Positions 47,980 through 57,267 of a stretch of DNA of 64,000 nt are shown in pieces (within the stretch, counting starts at the first letter, position 1; each line of letters begins with the position of its first letter). The notes below the pieces were generated by a model that worked only from the letters and a program-made list of their open reading frames with translations, searched no databases and was not told the origin of the DNA. Both the position numbers and the translations under genes were made by a program. Source of the DNA: Sedimentisphaerales bacterium (lineage in GTDB: Bacteria; Planctomycetota; Phycisphaerae; Sedimentisphaerales; SM23-30); assembly GCA_963666285.1 (NCBI GenBank), contig OY762711.1. The stretch is one strand, 5' to 3'.

Positions 47980-49670
47980 TGGATTCATTTGACAGAATAA
48001 GACTAAACGAACTGATTGTGGCCTCAATTGATAATGATATTACGTCCGAGCAGTTTGCTGAATTAAAGGAATGTCTGAGAAATGATCCGCAGGCGCAGGA
48101 TTATTATTCAAAAATAATTAAACTATTTGTTGTTCTCAAGGAAAATCGAGCTGTTCTGGCAGAGCAGAATGTAGACGATGAGATATCCCAGTTTTTCCAT
48201 GAAATTATCAATGACGGTTTGGCAATTCCTGCAATCAGGGATGAAATGATTCTTGACAAGTCAGATCTTGATGAATCAGAGGAACAGTCCCCGAAGAGCC
48301 GTCATCGTGAGATAAACAGGAAAACACTGGTTTCTAATTTATATAAATTTGCCGCGATCATGGTAGTCTTCTTTTCGATATATATAGTTGACTACTGGCT
48401 TAGAAACCAAAAGGGAATAGATGGGAAGCAATATTTAGGCAAGCTTAGCCGAGTAGTTGATGCTCAGTGGGACAATGTTTCCGGACCGATAGGTGCCGGT
48501 AGTGATTTATATGCCGGTCCTATGAGCCTGAAGAAAGGTTTGGCTGAGATAGTCCTCAGTAACGGAGCAGAGGTTATTGTAGAAGGGCCATGTGAATTTA
48601 AGCTGGAAAGTGACTTTCAGATTTACCTTGATTACGGTTCGCTGGTTGCCAATATAGAAAACACCCTAAAGAAACGTCTGGTTGTAAGGACCGGTAATGC
48701 GACTGTTGTTGATTATGGCACAGAGTTTGGTGTTTCTGTTGACCTTACAGGTAATACCACTACCCAGGTTTTTCAGGGGTGTGTAGAATTGCGTCAGGGA
48801 TCAGATCCATTCAAATATGAAAAGACCCTCAGGCTGGAAAAAGATCAGGGTGGTCAGGTTAACCCATACGGTAACATTTATAATGTTCAATCGAATCATT
48901 ATGAGTTTGTCCGTAAAGAGCAGTTTAATGTAGAAGTTAAGGCAGCTGAAGGCTCAGCATATTATAAATGGAAGGCATACAGTTACAGGTTGAGAAGCAG
49001 GCAGGACCTGGTTGCGTATTATACTTTTGAAGACGATGGTACCGGAATTTTGCATAATATTGCCGGCTCAACTCAAGGTAAATATGATGGCACTTTTATG
49101 AGCATGCTGGATAATAATTCGCTGCCGGAATGGATCCCCGGCAGATGGTCAAGAAAGACTGCTATGAGATTTGATTCACAAGCTAAGCAGTATATTGTTG
49201 CTAAAGCAGATGAAAAATTAAATATAAATGGAACAGTCACCCTTGCAGCCTGGATTAAACTGGATACAGAAACAGACGGCGGTCATATTTTATCAAATCG
49301 TATCCAAAAAGGTTCAATTAATTACCAGTTGGCTTATAACGTCAGATCTTATAGAGACAAGATACAGTTTTTGAGATATGACCAGCAAAAACAACGGGTA
49401 ACCCCAAAAGATTTAAAGATTTCTACATCAGATTGGCATTTGCTGACAGTAACCCATGATAATCAACAGATCAAGTTTTATGTTGATGGAGAACTGCTGG
49501 ATGTAAGAGATTATCAGTTCAAAACATCTCCAATAGGAGGAGATCTTTATATCGGTTCCGATAGGACAGACGTAGATATGTTTCAAGGTGTAATAGGAGA
49601 GGTTGCAATCTTCAACAGCGTACTTCGTGATGCCGAGATTGCAGAAATGTATGAAAAAGGACGTCCGTAA
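47979..49670 (+). CDS. FecR-like anti-sigma factor with C-terminal LamG/ConA-like domain
   Basis: N-terminal 'L...L..DP.A..YY', TM helix, GA.VIVEGP.EF, VVD.GTEFGV, LVAYYTF, WH...VT and F.G.I.EV.IFN..L...EI. Confidence 0.85.
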   Translation: MDSFDRIRLNELIVASIDNDITSEQFAELKECLRNDPQAQDYYSKIIKLFVVLKENRAVLAEQNVDDEISQFFHEIINDGLAIPAIRDEMILDKSDLDESEEQSPKSRHREINRKTLVSNLYKFAAIMVVFFSIYIVDYWLRNQKGIDGKQYLGKLSRVVDAQWDNVSGPIGAGSDLYAGPMSLKKGLAEIVLSNGAEVIVEGPCEFKLESDFQIYLDYGSLVANIENTLKKRLVVRTGNATVVDYGTEFGVSVDLTGNTTTQVFQGCVELRQGSDPFKYEKTLRLEKDQGGQVNPYGNIYNVQSNHYEFVRKEQFNVEVKAAEGSAYYKWKAYSYRLRSRQDLVAYYTFEDDGTGILHNIAGSTQGKYDGTFMSMLDNNSLPEWIPGRWSRKTAMRFDSQAKQYIVAKADEKLNINGTVTLAAWIKLDTETDGGHILSNRIQKGSINYQLAYNVRSYRDKIQFLRYDQQKQRVTPKDLKISTSDWHLLTVTHDNQQIKFYVDGELLDVRDYQFKTSPIGGDLYIGSDRTDVDMFQGVIGEVAIFNSVLRDAEIAEMYEKGRP

Positions 49671-49948
49671 TTCTTATATGCAGAGAATATGCTGCAGCGA
49701 GAAAAACGAGATGAAGTCTTATAATATTGTGCAGAATATGTAAAGAATTTGCAGGTATTAGTTTGATTTTCAAGTGATATTATTATTTTGTATTGTAAAC
49801 AGCTGTAAGTTCAGCTGAGAATTTCCGGGGCCGATTAGTAAAGGTTTAGGCAAAGGAATTTATAGTAAGAGTTATTGTTGTTGGAGTGCGTGGCTCCATA
49901 ATAACCGTTCAAGTTTAGTTGTTATTTTTCAAAGAGGAGTATTGACAA

Positions 49949-51958
49949 ATGAAAAAGGTTTTTGCAATTAAATTGTTTATGTTGTTGACTTTGATTGGGG
50001 CGCCGATGGCGACTTATGGGGCTGATGCGACTGTAGATGATCTCTATAATGCCGTTACAGAACTTATTGGTCCTGATTCTTATGTGTATTTTGACCATAC
50101 CGGCACTCAATATGAGGTTGATGGTTATAGGGCCAAATCATTTGGAGTTAATGGCGATTTGACAGATTCCGGCGGCGGTCATGGCTGGACAGAGAATGCA
50201 GAGTTTGCAGAATCTCTTACCGGTCTAATGGGATCAGCAGAATATAACCTGTATGTGATTGCCATTGGAAGAAGTGATAGTGATGGCTGGGGAGTAAGGG
50301 TAGGTTTTGAATCATTAAATTACTCATTGTCAGCTCTTGATATTGGCCATGATGATACTTTGACCAAGTATAACCTGGGTCTATACCAAAATGCTGATGA
50401 AGCATATCCTTTCAGAGAAAATTCCGGTTCCAGTACACAAGCCTGTATGCATGCTGTATATGTAGGAACATTTACAGCAGATGCCAGTGGTAATGCAACT
50501 ATTTATGTAGATAATGTAAATGAAGTTCAGATTGGCGATGTTATTGGTGACCGTACCATGTATGATGGTTTACTGGTAGCTCCAGTGCAGGCATCTGATC
50601 CAGTACCGGCTAATGAAGCAACTTATGTTGAGCTTGATACAGATCTTAGCTGGACATCACCAGGCGAAGGCTATGCTTTTGATGTATATTTTGGCACAGA
50701 AGAGCCTAATGCAATGCAGACAAATTATGGTCCAACCTTTACTAAGGTAACCAGTGTACCGCAGACAGAGACAACAGTAGAAATCCCAACAGCTTTGGAT
50801 TATTCTACCGATTACTATTGGGTAGTTGAAACTTATGCACCAGGAAGCACAGAAGTATTGGCTTCAAATTACTGGATGTTTACAACTGAGCCATATGATA
50901 GTGCACCAGCAGTAACAGCAGGCAGCAGCTATATTACCTGGCTTGACAATCTGGCACAGGGTGTAGATGCCGTAGTTGATGACAATGGTGAAAATGATGT
51001 TGCTGATTCTGATGTAGTATGGACAATTGATACTTATGCCGGTGATCCGGTTTCAGGCTCTGGAAGGGCATTTGATCGCGGCATGACCAGTGCTAATGCA
51101 GTAACATTAAGTGAACAGGGTTACGATCCGAATATTTTATCTGATTGGGTAGGTTGTGATGCTCGTACTGACAATAAAGGTAATCCAATTGTATTTGTTA
51201 TAAGTGGTCTTCCTGCCGGTGAATATACCTGGACATCAATGCATCACGATTACAATGATCAGACAGGCCTGTTTGATGTATATGTTGATGGTGCATTAGC
51301 AGCCGCTGACGTTGATATGACTTCAGGAACTCAAACTCCAGCAGAATTTACTACTACAATAACTTCAGATGGTTCTACTCCAGTTAAGGTTCTGTTTAAG
51401 GAAGTTAGTATTACTGGTAGCGGAATTGGTATTTTTGGTATCAATGCATTAAAATTATCAGATGATAATAATGCTCTAAATATTGATTTTGGTACAGCTG
51501 CATCAAGTGTTGCAGTTGGATATGAAGCTTATACAGCTGCTGATAAAGATCTGGCTTCGTTCTCTGCCCAGGACTTTGCCTTTGGTTCTGCTACTGTAAC
51601 AATAGACGCGGAATTTGGTCCATTAGCGGCCGGTTGGATTGATGCAAGCATTACTAAGACAAGTACAGATCCTCTGGCACCAACAGCTACATTTACTACC
51701 AACTATCCAGGAACATACGTTCTTAAGGTGTCAGCTACAGATGATACTGTCTTTGGTCCGGAAGCATTGGTCGGATCAGCTACTCTTGAAGTTCAGGTTG
51801 CTGAAGATGCTTGTGCTGCAGCACAGCTGTCAGATAACTGGGACGGTTTCGACTTCTATGATGTTGATTCAAACTGTGTTATCAATGTAAGTGATTTCGC
51901 AGCATTTGCAGCAACATGGCTAGACTTTACAAGTATGACAGAAGCTGAAGCTTACTAA
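49949..51958 (+). CDS. Secreted multidomain protein (FN3-like and PKD-like domains, C-terminal dockerin-like motif)
   Basis: Signal peptide; P.PAN.A..V.....LSW, FDVYFGT, YYW.V and W.FTT; PGTYVL.VSATD; DVDSNCVINVSDFAAFAATWL. Confidence 0.75.
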   Translation: MKKVFAIKLFMLLTLIGAPMATYGADATVDDLYNAVTELIGPDSYVYFDHTGTQYEVDGYRAKSFGVNGDLTDSGGGHGWTENAEFAESLTGLMGSAEYNLYVIAIGRSDSDGWGVRVGFESLNYSLSALDIGHDDTLTKYNLGLYQNADEAYPFRENSGSSTQACMHAVYVGTFTADASGNATIYVDNVNEVQIGDVIGDRTMYDGLLVAPVQASDPVPANEATYVELDTDLSWTSPGEGYAFDVYFGTEEPNAMQTNYGPTFTKVTSVPQTETTVEIPTALDYSTDYYWVVETYAPGSTEVLASNYWMFTTEPYDSAPAVTAGSSYITWLDNLAQGVDAVVDDNGENDVADSDVVWTIDTYAGDPVSGSGRAFDRGMTSANAVTLSEQGYDPNILSDWVGCDARTDNKGNPIVFVISGLPAGEYTWTSMHHDYNDQTGLFDVYVDGALAAADVDMTSGTQTPAEFTTTITSDGSTPVKVLFKEVSITGSGIGIFGINALKLSDDNNALNIDFGTAASSVAVGYEAYTAADKDLASFSAQDFAFGSATVTIDAEFGPLAAGWIDASITKTSTDPLAPTATFTTNYPGTYVLKVSATDDTVFGPEALVGSATLEVQVAEDACAAAQLSDNWDGFDFYDVDSNCVINVSDFAAFAATWLDFTSMTEAEAY

Positions 51959-51990
51959 GATTGACAGTATAGTCATACAATTAAATTATG

Positions 51991-52027
51991 AAATACCCTT
52001 TCGCATTAGCGGGAGGGTATTTTTTTT
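51991..52027 (+). terminator. Intrinsic terminator between convergent genes
   Basis: AAATACCCTTTCGC-ATTA-GCGGGAGGGTATTT followed by a T-run. Confidence 0.8.
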
Positions 52028-52034
52028 GGTGTCC

Positions 52035-52637
52035 TTATTCGGCTATAAGCCTGGTGTTGTGTGCATGTATTTTATTGAAAAGGAAGAACGCTGATATTCC
52101 ACCGATTAAGCCCCCGGTATGCGACATGGTGACAGGTATACCTACATATCCCAGGTGGCAGGATTGGAAGAGCAGGTTTCCCGTGAGTGATTCCAGCAGG
52201 CATTTGCAGATTATAATTGTTGTTATCACTATACCAGCTTTCCTCATTTCCTTATCTCCATAGATTAATTCCAGCCCTACGATTGCCATTAGTCCGTGAT
52301 CTATGCCGGACAGACCGCAATATGAGCTGATATTCAATAGCGGCAGCTGAATATTTACTGCTATCAGGCTGAATATGCCGCAGGATATAACGTATAGGAG
52401 GCGTTTGACGGAAGATTCCTGGTTTAACTGGTGATAAAGCATAAGGAACGCCGAGGCGTCAATGAGCATGTGATAAACGCTGTTGTGAGCGAAGGGGTGG
52501 GTGAAGAGTCTCCATAACTGTCCGTTGCAAACAGCTTCGAGTGAATATGCCATTGGCTCAATTGTAAAACCGATAAACAAAGGCAGATTGATGGTGATGA
52601 TTATCAGGGTAAAAATTATCATTTCCAGTTTTTTCAT
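52035..52637 (-). CDS. rrtA: Rhombosortase (rhomboid protease for GlyGly-CTERM targets)
   Basis: GQLWRLFT..F.H....H, YCGLSG..HGL (catalytic Ser) and H..G..GG (catalytic His); adjacent to a GlyGly-CTERM gene. Confidence 0.85.
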   Translation of the reverse strand: MKKLEMIIFTLIIITINLPLFIGFTIEPMAYSLEAVCNGQLWRLFTHPFAHNSVYHMLIDASAFLMLYHQLNQESSVKRLLYVISCGIFSLIAVNIQLPLLNISSYCGLSGIDHGLMAIVGLELIYGDKEMRKAGIVITTIIICKCLLESLTGNLLFQSCHLGYVGIPVTMSHTGGLIGGISAFFLFNKIHAHNTRLIAE

Positions 52638-52711
52638 GATACGCCCCAGGCAAGTTTTTGTACCGGCTGCCAGTACGACAGCCGGTACGTTTTACGGAAT
52701 TATGTAAAGTA

Positions 52712-54820
52712 TTATTTTTCGGACTGTTTTTTGTTTCTATTCCGTTTGTTCCAAAGCAGCAATCCCAGCATAATCGGGCCAACAGGTCCGCCGCCGCCAC
52801 CGCCGAAACCAGGGGCCGGCCGGTTATTGAACGATCCGTTATTGTTGTTACCGTTACCAGAGTTGTTGTCAGTGCGGTAGCTTTTAACCGGTTGTGACTG
52901 TTTTTTCTGCTGGGCGGTTCTTTCTTTGTTAACACGTCCTGCATTGCTGCGTTGTATGCCTTCGTTTTCGAATTGCTCTTCTGACATGACGATCATAGAT
53001 GTGTAGTCTGTTACCAGTGAGTATTCCTGACCAAGGTTAACGATTTTAGCTCTCAAGGTTTCATTTTCGCCGAAATCTCTGATTTCCTGCATATAATTAT
53101 CTATATGAGACAGGGCCCACATTCTTTCAAGTTCCGGGTTATCTGTATCCTGTTCTGGCAGGAATGCTTTACATTGCCATGATTTGTTTTCGCCTGATAT
53201 TTTGGCTTTTAATTCCAGCTCAACGATGCCCGTTCCTTTGTATTTGCCAAATACAACCAGCTGCTGGCCCTGGTAAAGGCCGGTTGGCTTAGCAGGTGAA
53301 ATGTCATATACTTTTTCACCATGAAATTTTAGTTCAACGTCGTGCATGTTCTGGTAGAGTACCTTGGCTTTAGCCTGCATGATTCTTCCGACAATATCAT
53401 CGTTGTTGGAGATATTCATAGCGAAACCGCCGGATACCTGGGCAAGTCTTTCCATAAGCGGCTGGTTGACACTATTGCCGATAACAAAGGTGAAGAGCCT
53501 TACATCGTATTTATCAAGCAGGTCAATAAAGGCTCGGTGTGCGGTTTCTCCAACGTTTGCAACACCGTCGGTTACAAGTATTAAGTTTGTTGTGCGGTCA
53601 TCATCAAGTCTGTTATACCCCATCTTCAATCCTTCATATAGATTTGTTCCGTTATTGGCGACGATGGAATTTATTGATGCTATTGTCTGGTTTATGTTTT
53701 CTTTTGTAGCCTGTATATAGCCGGAAGTGAAATCATTGGCGGTATTGTTAAAAGTGATTATTCGATATCGGTCATTACTATTCATTTTACCTAATACTTT
53801 TGATACGCCACCGGTAAGAGTCTGGATTTTTCCACCGCTCATGCTGCCGGATTTATCAAGGATAAATACCCAGTCTATACCTTCTGTGATGGGTTTGAGG
53901 TCTGCTGCAGGGGTGATGACGGCCATAAGTGTTCCCTCGCTGTTTTTGTCTTCACGATATGGGATAAGTTCAATTCGGGCAGGTACATCATCGGCGAGAC
54001 GGTAATAAAAGACTATATCCTGTGATAGGCTGAATTGGCCATTGTTAGTAATTTCGGCGGTATAATGATTGCTGTATGATTGAGTTTCAGCATTTTCAAC
54101 TTCATTCTTCGCAGTAGAATCATCAGACAGCGGATTCTGGGAGTTTATTACAGCCTTATTCATGTATCCCGGCATCCGAACATCGATAACAGGAAAGGCT
54201 GATTTAAGCTCAAGGTTGAACGAGAATTCTTCTTCAACAGTATTATTAACTGACCAGAACTGGATGTTTTCATCGTCAGTACCGCCTTCTTCAAGAGGGT
54301 AAACGTATCTGCCGATGTTGGAATCAATTTCTATCGGCTGGTAGTAAACAAGTCTGATCCTGGTATCTTCGTTTGCCTTTACCGGATAAACAGAAACTTC
54401 GAAAGAAAAGTAGTCGTTTTTTTCTGCGAGGGCGGTTTTGTTACCCATATCTTTCTGGTCCTGATAGACCTTTGCGGCTCTTTCTTTTTCCAGTACTTCT
54501 CCGATAACCTCGTTTCCATCAATCCAAAGTGATACTTCAGAAAGGCTTGCCTGTTTAGGAATTGGAAAGGAATATATAGCTTCAAGGTCCTGACTTCCAC
54601 GATTAGCGAATAACTGATCAACCTCGGTTCTGGCGAATCCGTTATTTATTGTTACGTTGACCTTATGGCTTTTCATGTATACATAATCTTTATCGGAGGA
54701 ATTGGTTGGCTGAAGCAAACCGGCTGCCTGGCAAAAGGAAGAAATAGAAAGAAATGAAATTAAGCTAAATAGAAATAATGAAATGTGAAAAGATTTGTTG
54801 TTTGTTTTTTCTGAATACAT
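52712..54820 (-). CDS. VIT and vWA domain protein with C-terminal GlyGly-CTERM signal
   Basis: VIT (ART.V.Q.F.N...LEA.Y.FP.P); vWA MIDAS DKSGSM, LVTDG and LVT.YTS; tail GGGGGGPVGPIMLGLLLW followed by basic residues. Confidence 0.88.
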   Translation of the reverse strand: MYSEKTNNKSFHISLFLFSLISFLSISSFCQAAGLLQPTNSSDKDYVYMKSHKVNVTINNGFARTEVDQLFANRGSQDLEAIYSFPIPKQASLSEVSLWIDGNEVIGEVLEKERAAKVYQDQKDMGNKTALAEKNDYFSFEVSVYPVKANEDTRIRLVYYQPIEIDSNIGRYVYPLEEGGTDDENIQFWSVNNTVEEEFSFNLELKSAFPVIDVRMPGYMNKAVINSQNPLSDDSTAKNEVENAETQSYSNHYTAEITNNGQFSLSQDIVFYYRLADDVPARIELIPYREDKNSEGTLMAVITPAADLKPITEGIDWVFILDKSGSMSGGKIQTLTGGVSKVLGKMNSNDRYRIITFNNTANDFTSGYIQATKENINQTIASINSIVANNGTNLYEGLKMGYNRLDDDRTTNLILVTDGVANVGETAHRAFIDLLDKYDVRLFTFVIGNSVNQPLMERLAQVSGGFAMNISNNDDIVGRIMQAKAKVLYQNMHDVELKFHGEKVYDISPAKPTGLYQGQQLVVFGKYKGTGIVELELKAKISGENKSWQCKAFLPEQDTDNPELERMWALSHIDNYMQEIRDFGENETLRAKIVNLGQEYSLVTDYTSMIVMSEEQFENEGIQRSNAGRVNKERTAQQKKQSQPVKSYRTDNNSGNGNNNNGSFNNRPAPGFGGGGGGPVGPIMLGLLLWNKRNRNKKQSEK

Positions 54821-54872
54821 TTTGTGTCTCCTTGTTTAGATGTCTTTGTTCAAGTAATAACAAAATGTATTT

Positions 54873-54889
54873 AACAATCGGCGTGCCAA
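54873..54889 (-). promoter_or_regulatory. Sigma54 (-24/-12) promoter of the VIT-vWA/rhombosortase pair
   Basis: - strand TTGGCACG-CCGA-TTGTT versus consensus TGGCACG-N4-TTGCW; about 50 bp upstream of the ATG. Confidence 0.7.
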
Positions 54890-55022
54890 TTGCAGTAACT
54901 AGCTGTAAGTCTATGTTTGATAGTGCTTTATGTGTTTTTGTTTTTCTGCGTGTGATTGCGGTTTGGGTTTTTGATGTACCAGTAGTGAATGTGCTGTATA
55001 CTTTAATTGTACATTTGGGAAT

Positions 55023-55052
55023 AAAAAAAGCAGGCCAATCTGACCTGCTTTT
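55023..55052 (-). terminator. Intrinsic terminator after the 55082-57139 gene
   Basis: AAAAAAAGCAGG-loop-CCTGCTTTT. Confidence 0.75.
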
Positions 55053-55081
55053 ATATGTATTTATTCAGTTATCTGTTGGTT

Positions 55082-57139
55082 TTACTTATGCAGTTGGTGC
55101 TCTTTTTGTATTTGTTCCGATCTGCTAAGTGGCGGTACCATACTCTTGATAACTCTAAGCTCCTTGTTGGCTATGCCCGGCTTGATCTTATTTGCTGCCT
55201 GCCACTTTGAATGTGCCATTTGCAAAATACTGTTTCTTGTTTCCGGGTCTTTTTTGCAGTTAGCCAGGCGGAACAGGGCATTGCCCCAGCTATGCAGTGT
55301 GTTAGATTTATCAGGTTTTAATTTTATGGCTTCTTCGAATTTTTCACAGGCCTTTTGAAGAAGTGATTCCTGTAGTGTGCCGCTGCGATAGCGAGCCTGG
55401 ATAATCAAAGCATTGCCCCAATTGCTTAAAGCTTCGTGGTTTGAAGGATTAAGACTGATTGAAGTTTCAAATTTTCTGCGTGCCAGAGCAAGTGTTTTTT
55501 CAGCTTCATGAGTGTTAGAGTAAGTAAGTGCCAGGTTTTTCAGAATGATACCCCAGTTATTAAATATTTTGTAATTACTGCTGTCGAGTATAGAAGCTTT
55601 ATGCATTTTTTTGTTAGCCAGCTTCAACAGTTCTGTGCCTTCATTACCTTTTATGTCGGCTGCGTGCCTGGCAAGCATTTGCCCCCAAGTATCATATATT
55701 TCAGCATCAGCAGGTTTGATCTCTGCAAGCTGGCTGCAAATTTCTGCGCCATCAGCGAAGTTATGCCATTTTTGAGCATGTTCAAGTTTCTTCAGCAGTT
55801 TGCTTTCATCTATATCTTTGTCCTGATTTTGTGTGTTAGTAATTGATTTTGCTTTAGGTGTTTCCTTGACAATTTCCTCAGTTATGGATTCCAGGTCAAC
55901 TTCTTTAGGCATTACAGCGTTGTTCTGTGTTAATGGTTTTTCCTGTTTATCATTTTCTATTTTTGGTTTTATTACCGGTTGTTCAGTTTTGTTGTTTTTG
56001 AGCAGGTTGCTGCTTTTTAGTCCGTCCATAAAGCTGCTTAGACTATTCGAGCTGCTTTCAGAAGGCATGTTCATGGATTTATGCTGATTCAGGATAGCCT
56101 TTTGTCTTTCGATTGACTCGCGAAGCATAGCTGCGTGATCTAATGCTGTAGTAGAGTGACTTGGTTTGTTTGAACTTGTCACGGCTGTTTTATTAGTCTC
56201 AGCCTTGATGATATCCATCCAGTTTTGTTGAGGTTTTGGAGCAGAATTTAATCCGGCAGCTTGAGTAGCAGTTAATCCTGACGAGTTTGTATTAGAATTG
56301 ATTGAGGTCATTATCCCGGTCTGTTTTTCTGATAATGCTCTAATTTGTTCTGAGGCGATATCTTTTATGTTTCTGACACCATCAGCAACAGTCTGGTTAA
56401 GCTGGTTTTCAAGTTCGTGGACCTGGTTAGCTAAGGATTTGCTTAGTTCTTTATTGGCTCTTTTGAGGATATCAAGTGATTTTTTATTAAGTTCAATTGA
56501 GGTATTTATACTTGTGTCGATGTGGTTCCTCTGAGCTTTAGCTGAATCAACCGCAGCTTCCAAAGCATCGATATGTTCGGATATTTCACTAATGTGGCTG
56601 TAGTGATTTTCCAGTTCCCATTCTTTTATATTATTCTGGAGATCGCTGATATCATTAATAAGCTGAGAAGCTTTAAGAGCAGCGTGGTGATTTCGTTTTA
56701 GCTCTTTTTTAACCATTATCAGCAGCACTCCACTGACTATCAGGGCACCAAAGCCTGGCAGCCAGGCATAAAATACTGACTGGAAAGATTCTGAAGGTTG
56801 CGGAGTAGCGGCAGCAGGCTGAATATCTGTAGTTTTTTGATCGACAGCATTTTGAGTATTTGTAAGACCGCTGTCTATCTGGCTGCTTGAAAGTACTTCC
56901 GATGCCATATTTTTAGAAATAGGTTTTTCCTGCTTGTTAAGCAGTAAATCAGCCTCTTTCAACAGGAGTCTGGTTTCTTCATCCGTAGCATTTTTAGACC
57001 AGGCGGGCTGTGTGTGTGTGCCGGGAACCTGCTGCATTTGTACTTGGTTTTGAGAAGAGCCGGTTGTTTGCTGGGCATAGACAGGTATGGAAACAAGAAT
57101 AATGAAAATGGCTATCAGCGTATTGATTTTCTTCAACAT
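55082..57139 (-). CDS. Membrane-anchored coiled-coil protein with C-terminal TPR repeats
   Basis: Signal peptide; TM helix at about aa 120-141; coiled coil; repeats of the type 'A.NNWG..L...A' and 'A.EKFE.A..L.PD'. Confidence 0.7.
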   Translation of the reverse strand: MLKKINTLIAIFIILVSIPVYAQQTTGSSQNQVQMQQVPGTHTQPAWSKNATDEETRLLLKEADLLLNKQEKPISKNMASEVLSSSQIDSGLTNTQNAVDQKTTDIQPAAATPQPSESFQSVFYAWLPGFGALIVSGVLLIMVKKELKRNHHAALKASQLINDISDLQNNIKEWELENHYSHISEISEHIDALEAAVDSAKAQRNHIDTSINTSIELNKKSLDILKRANKELSKSLANQVHELENQLNQTVADGVRNIKDIASEQIRALSEKQTGIMTSINSNTNSSGLTATQAAGLNSAPKPQQNWMDIIKAETNKTAVTSSNKPSHSTTALDHAAMLRESIERQKAILNQHKSMNMPSESSSNSLSSFMDGLKSSNLLKNNKTEQPVIKPKIENDKQEKPLTQNNAVMPKEVDLESITEEIVKETPKAKSITNTQNQDKDIDESKLLKKLEHAQKWHNFADGAEICSQLAEIKPADAEIYDTWGQMLARHAADIKGNEGTELLKLANKKMHKASILDSSNYKIFNNWGIILKNLALTYSNTHEAEKTLALARRKFETSISLNPSNHEALSNWGNALIIQARYRSGTLQESLLQKACEKFEEAIKLKPDKSNTLHSWGNALFRLANCKKDPETRNSILQMAHSKWQAANKIKPGIANKELRVIKSMVPPLSRSEQIQKEHQLHK

Positions 57140-57267
57140 GGTTTCGCCTCGATTTTATTGCATTGTTACCGAGTTGTCCATCCATGGCGTATCGATAACC
57201 GAAATAATCTTTGCGATGGCGTAATCAATCGCCATCAATTATATATGTCAAGCATTTGTGAATGCTT

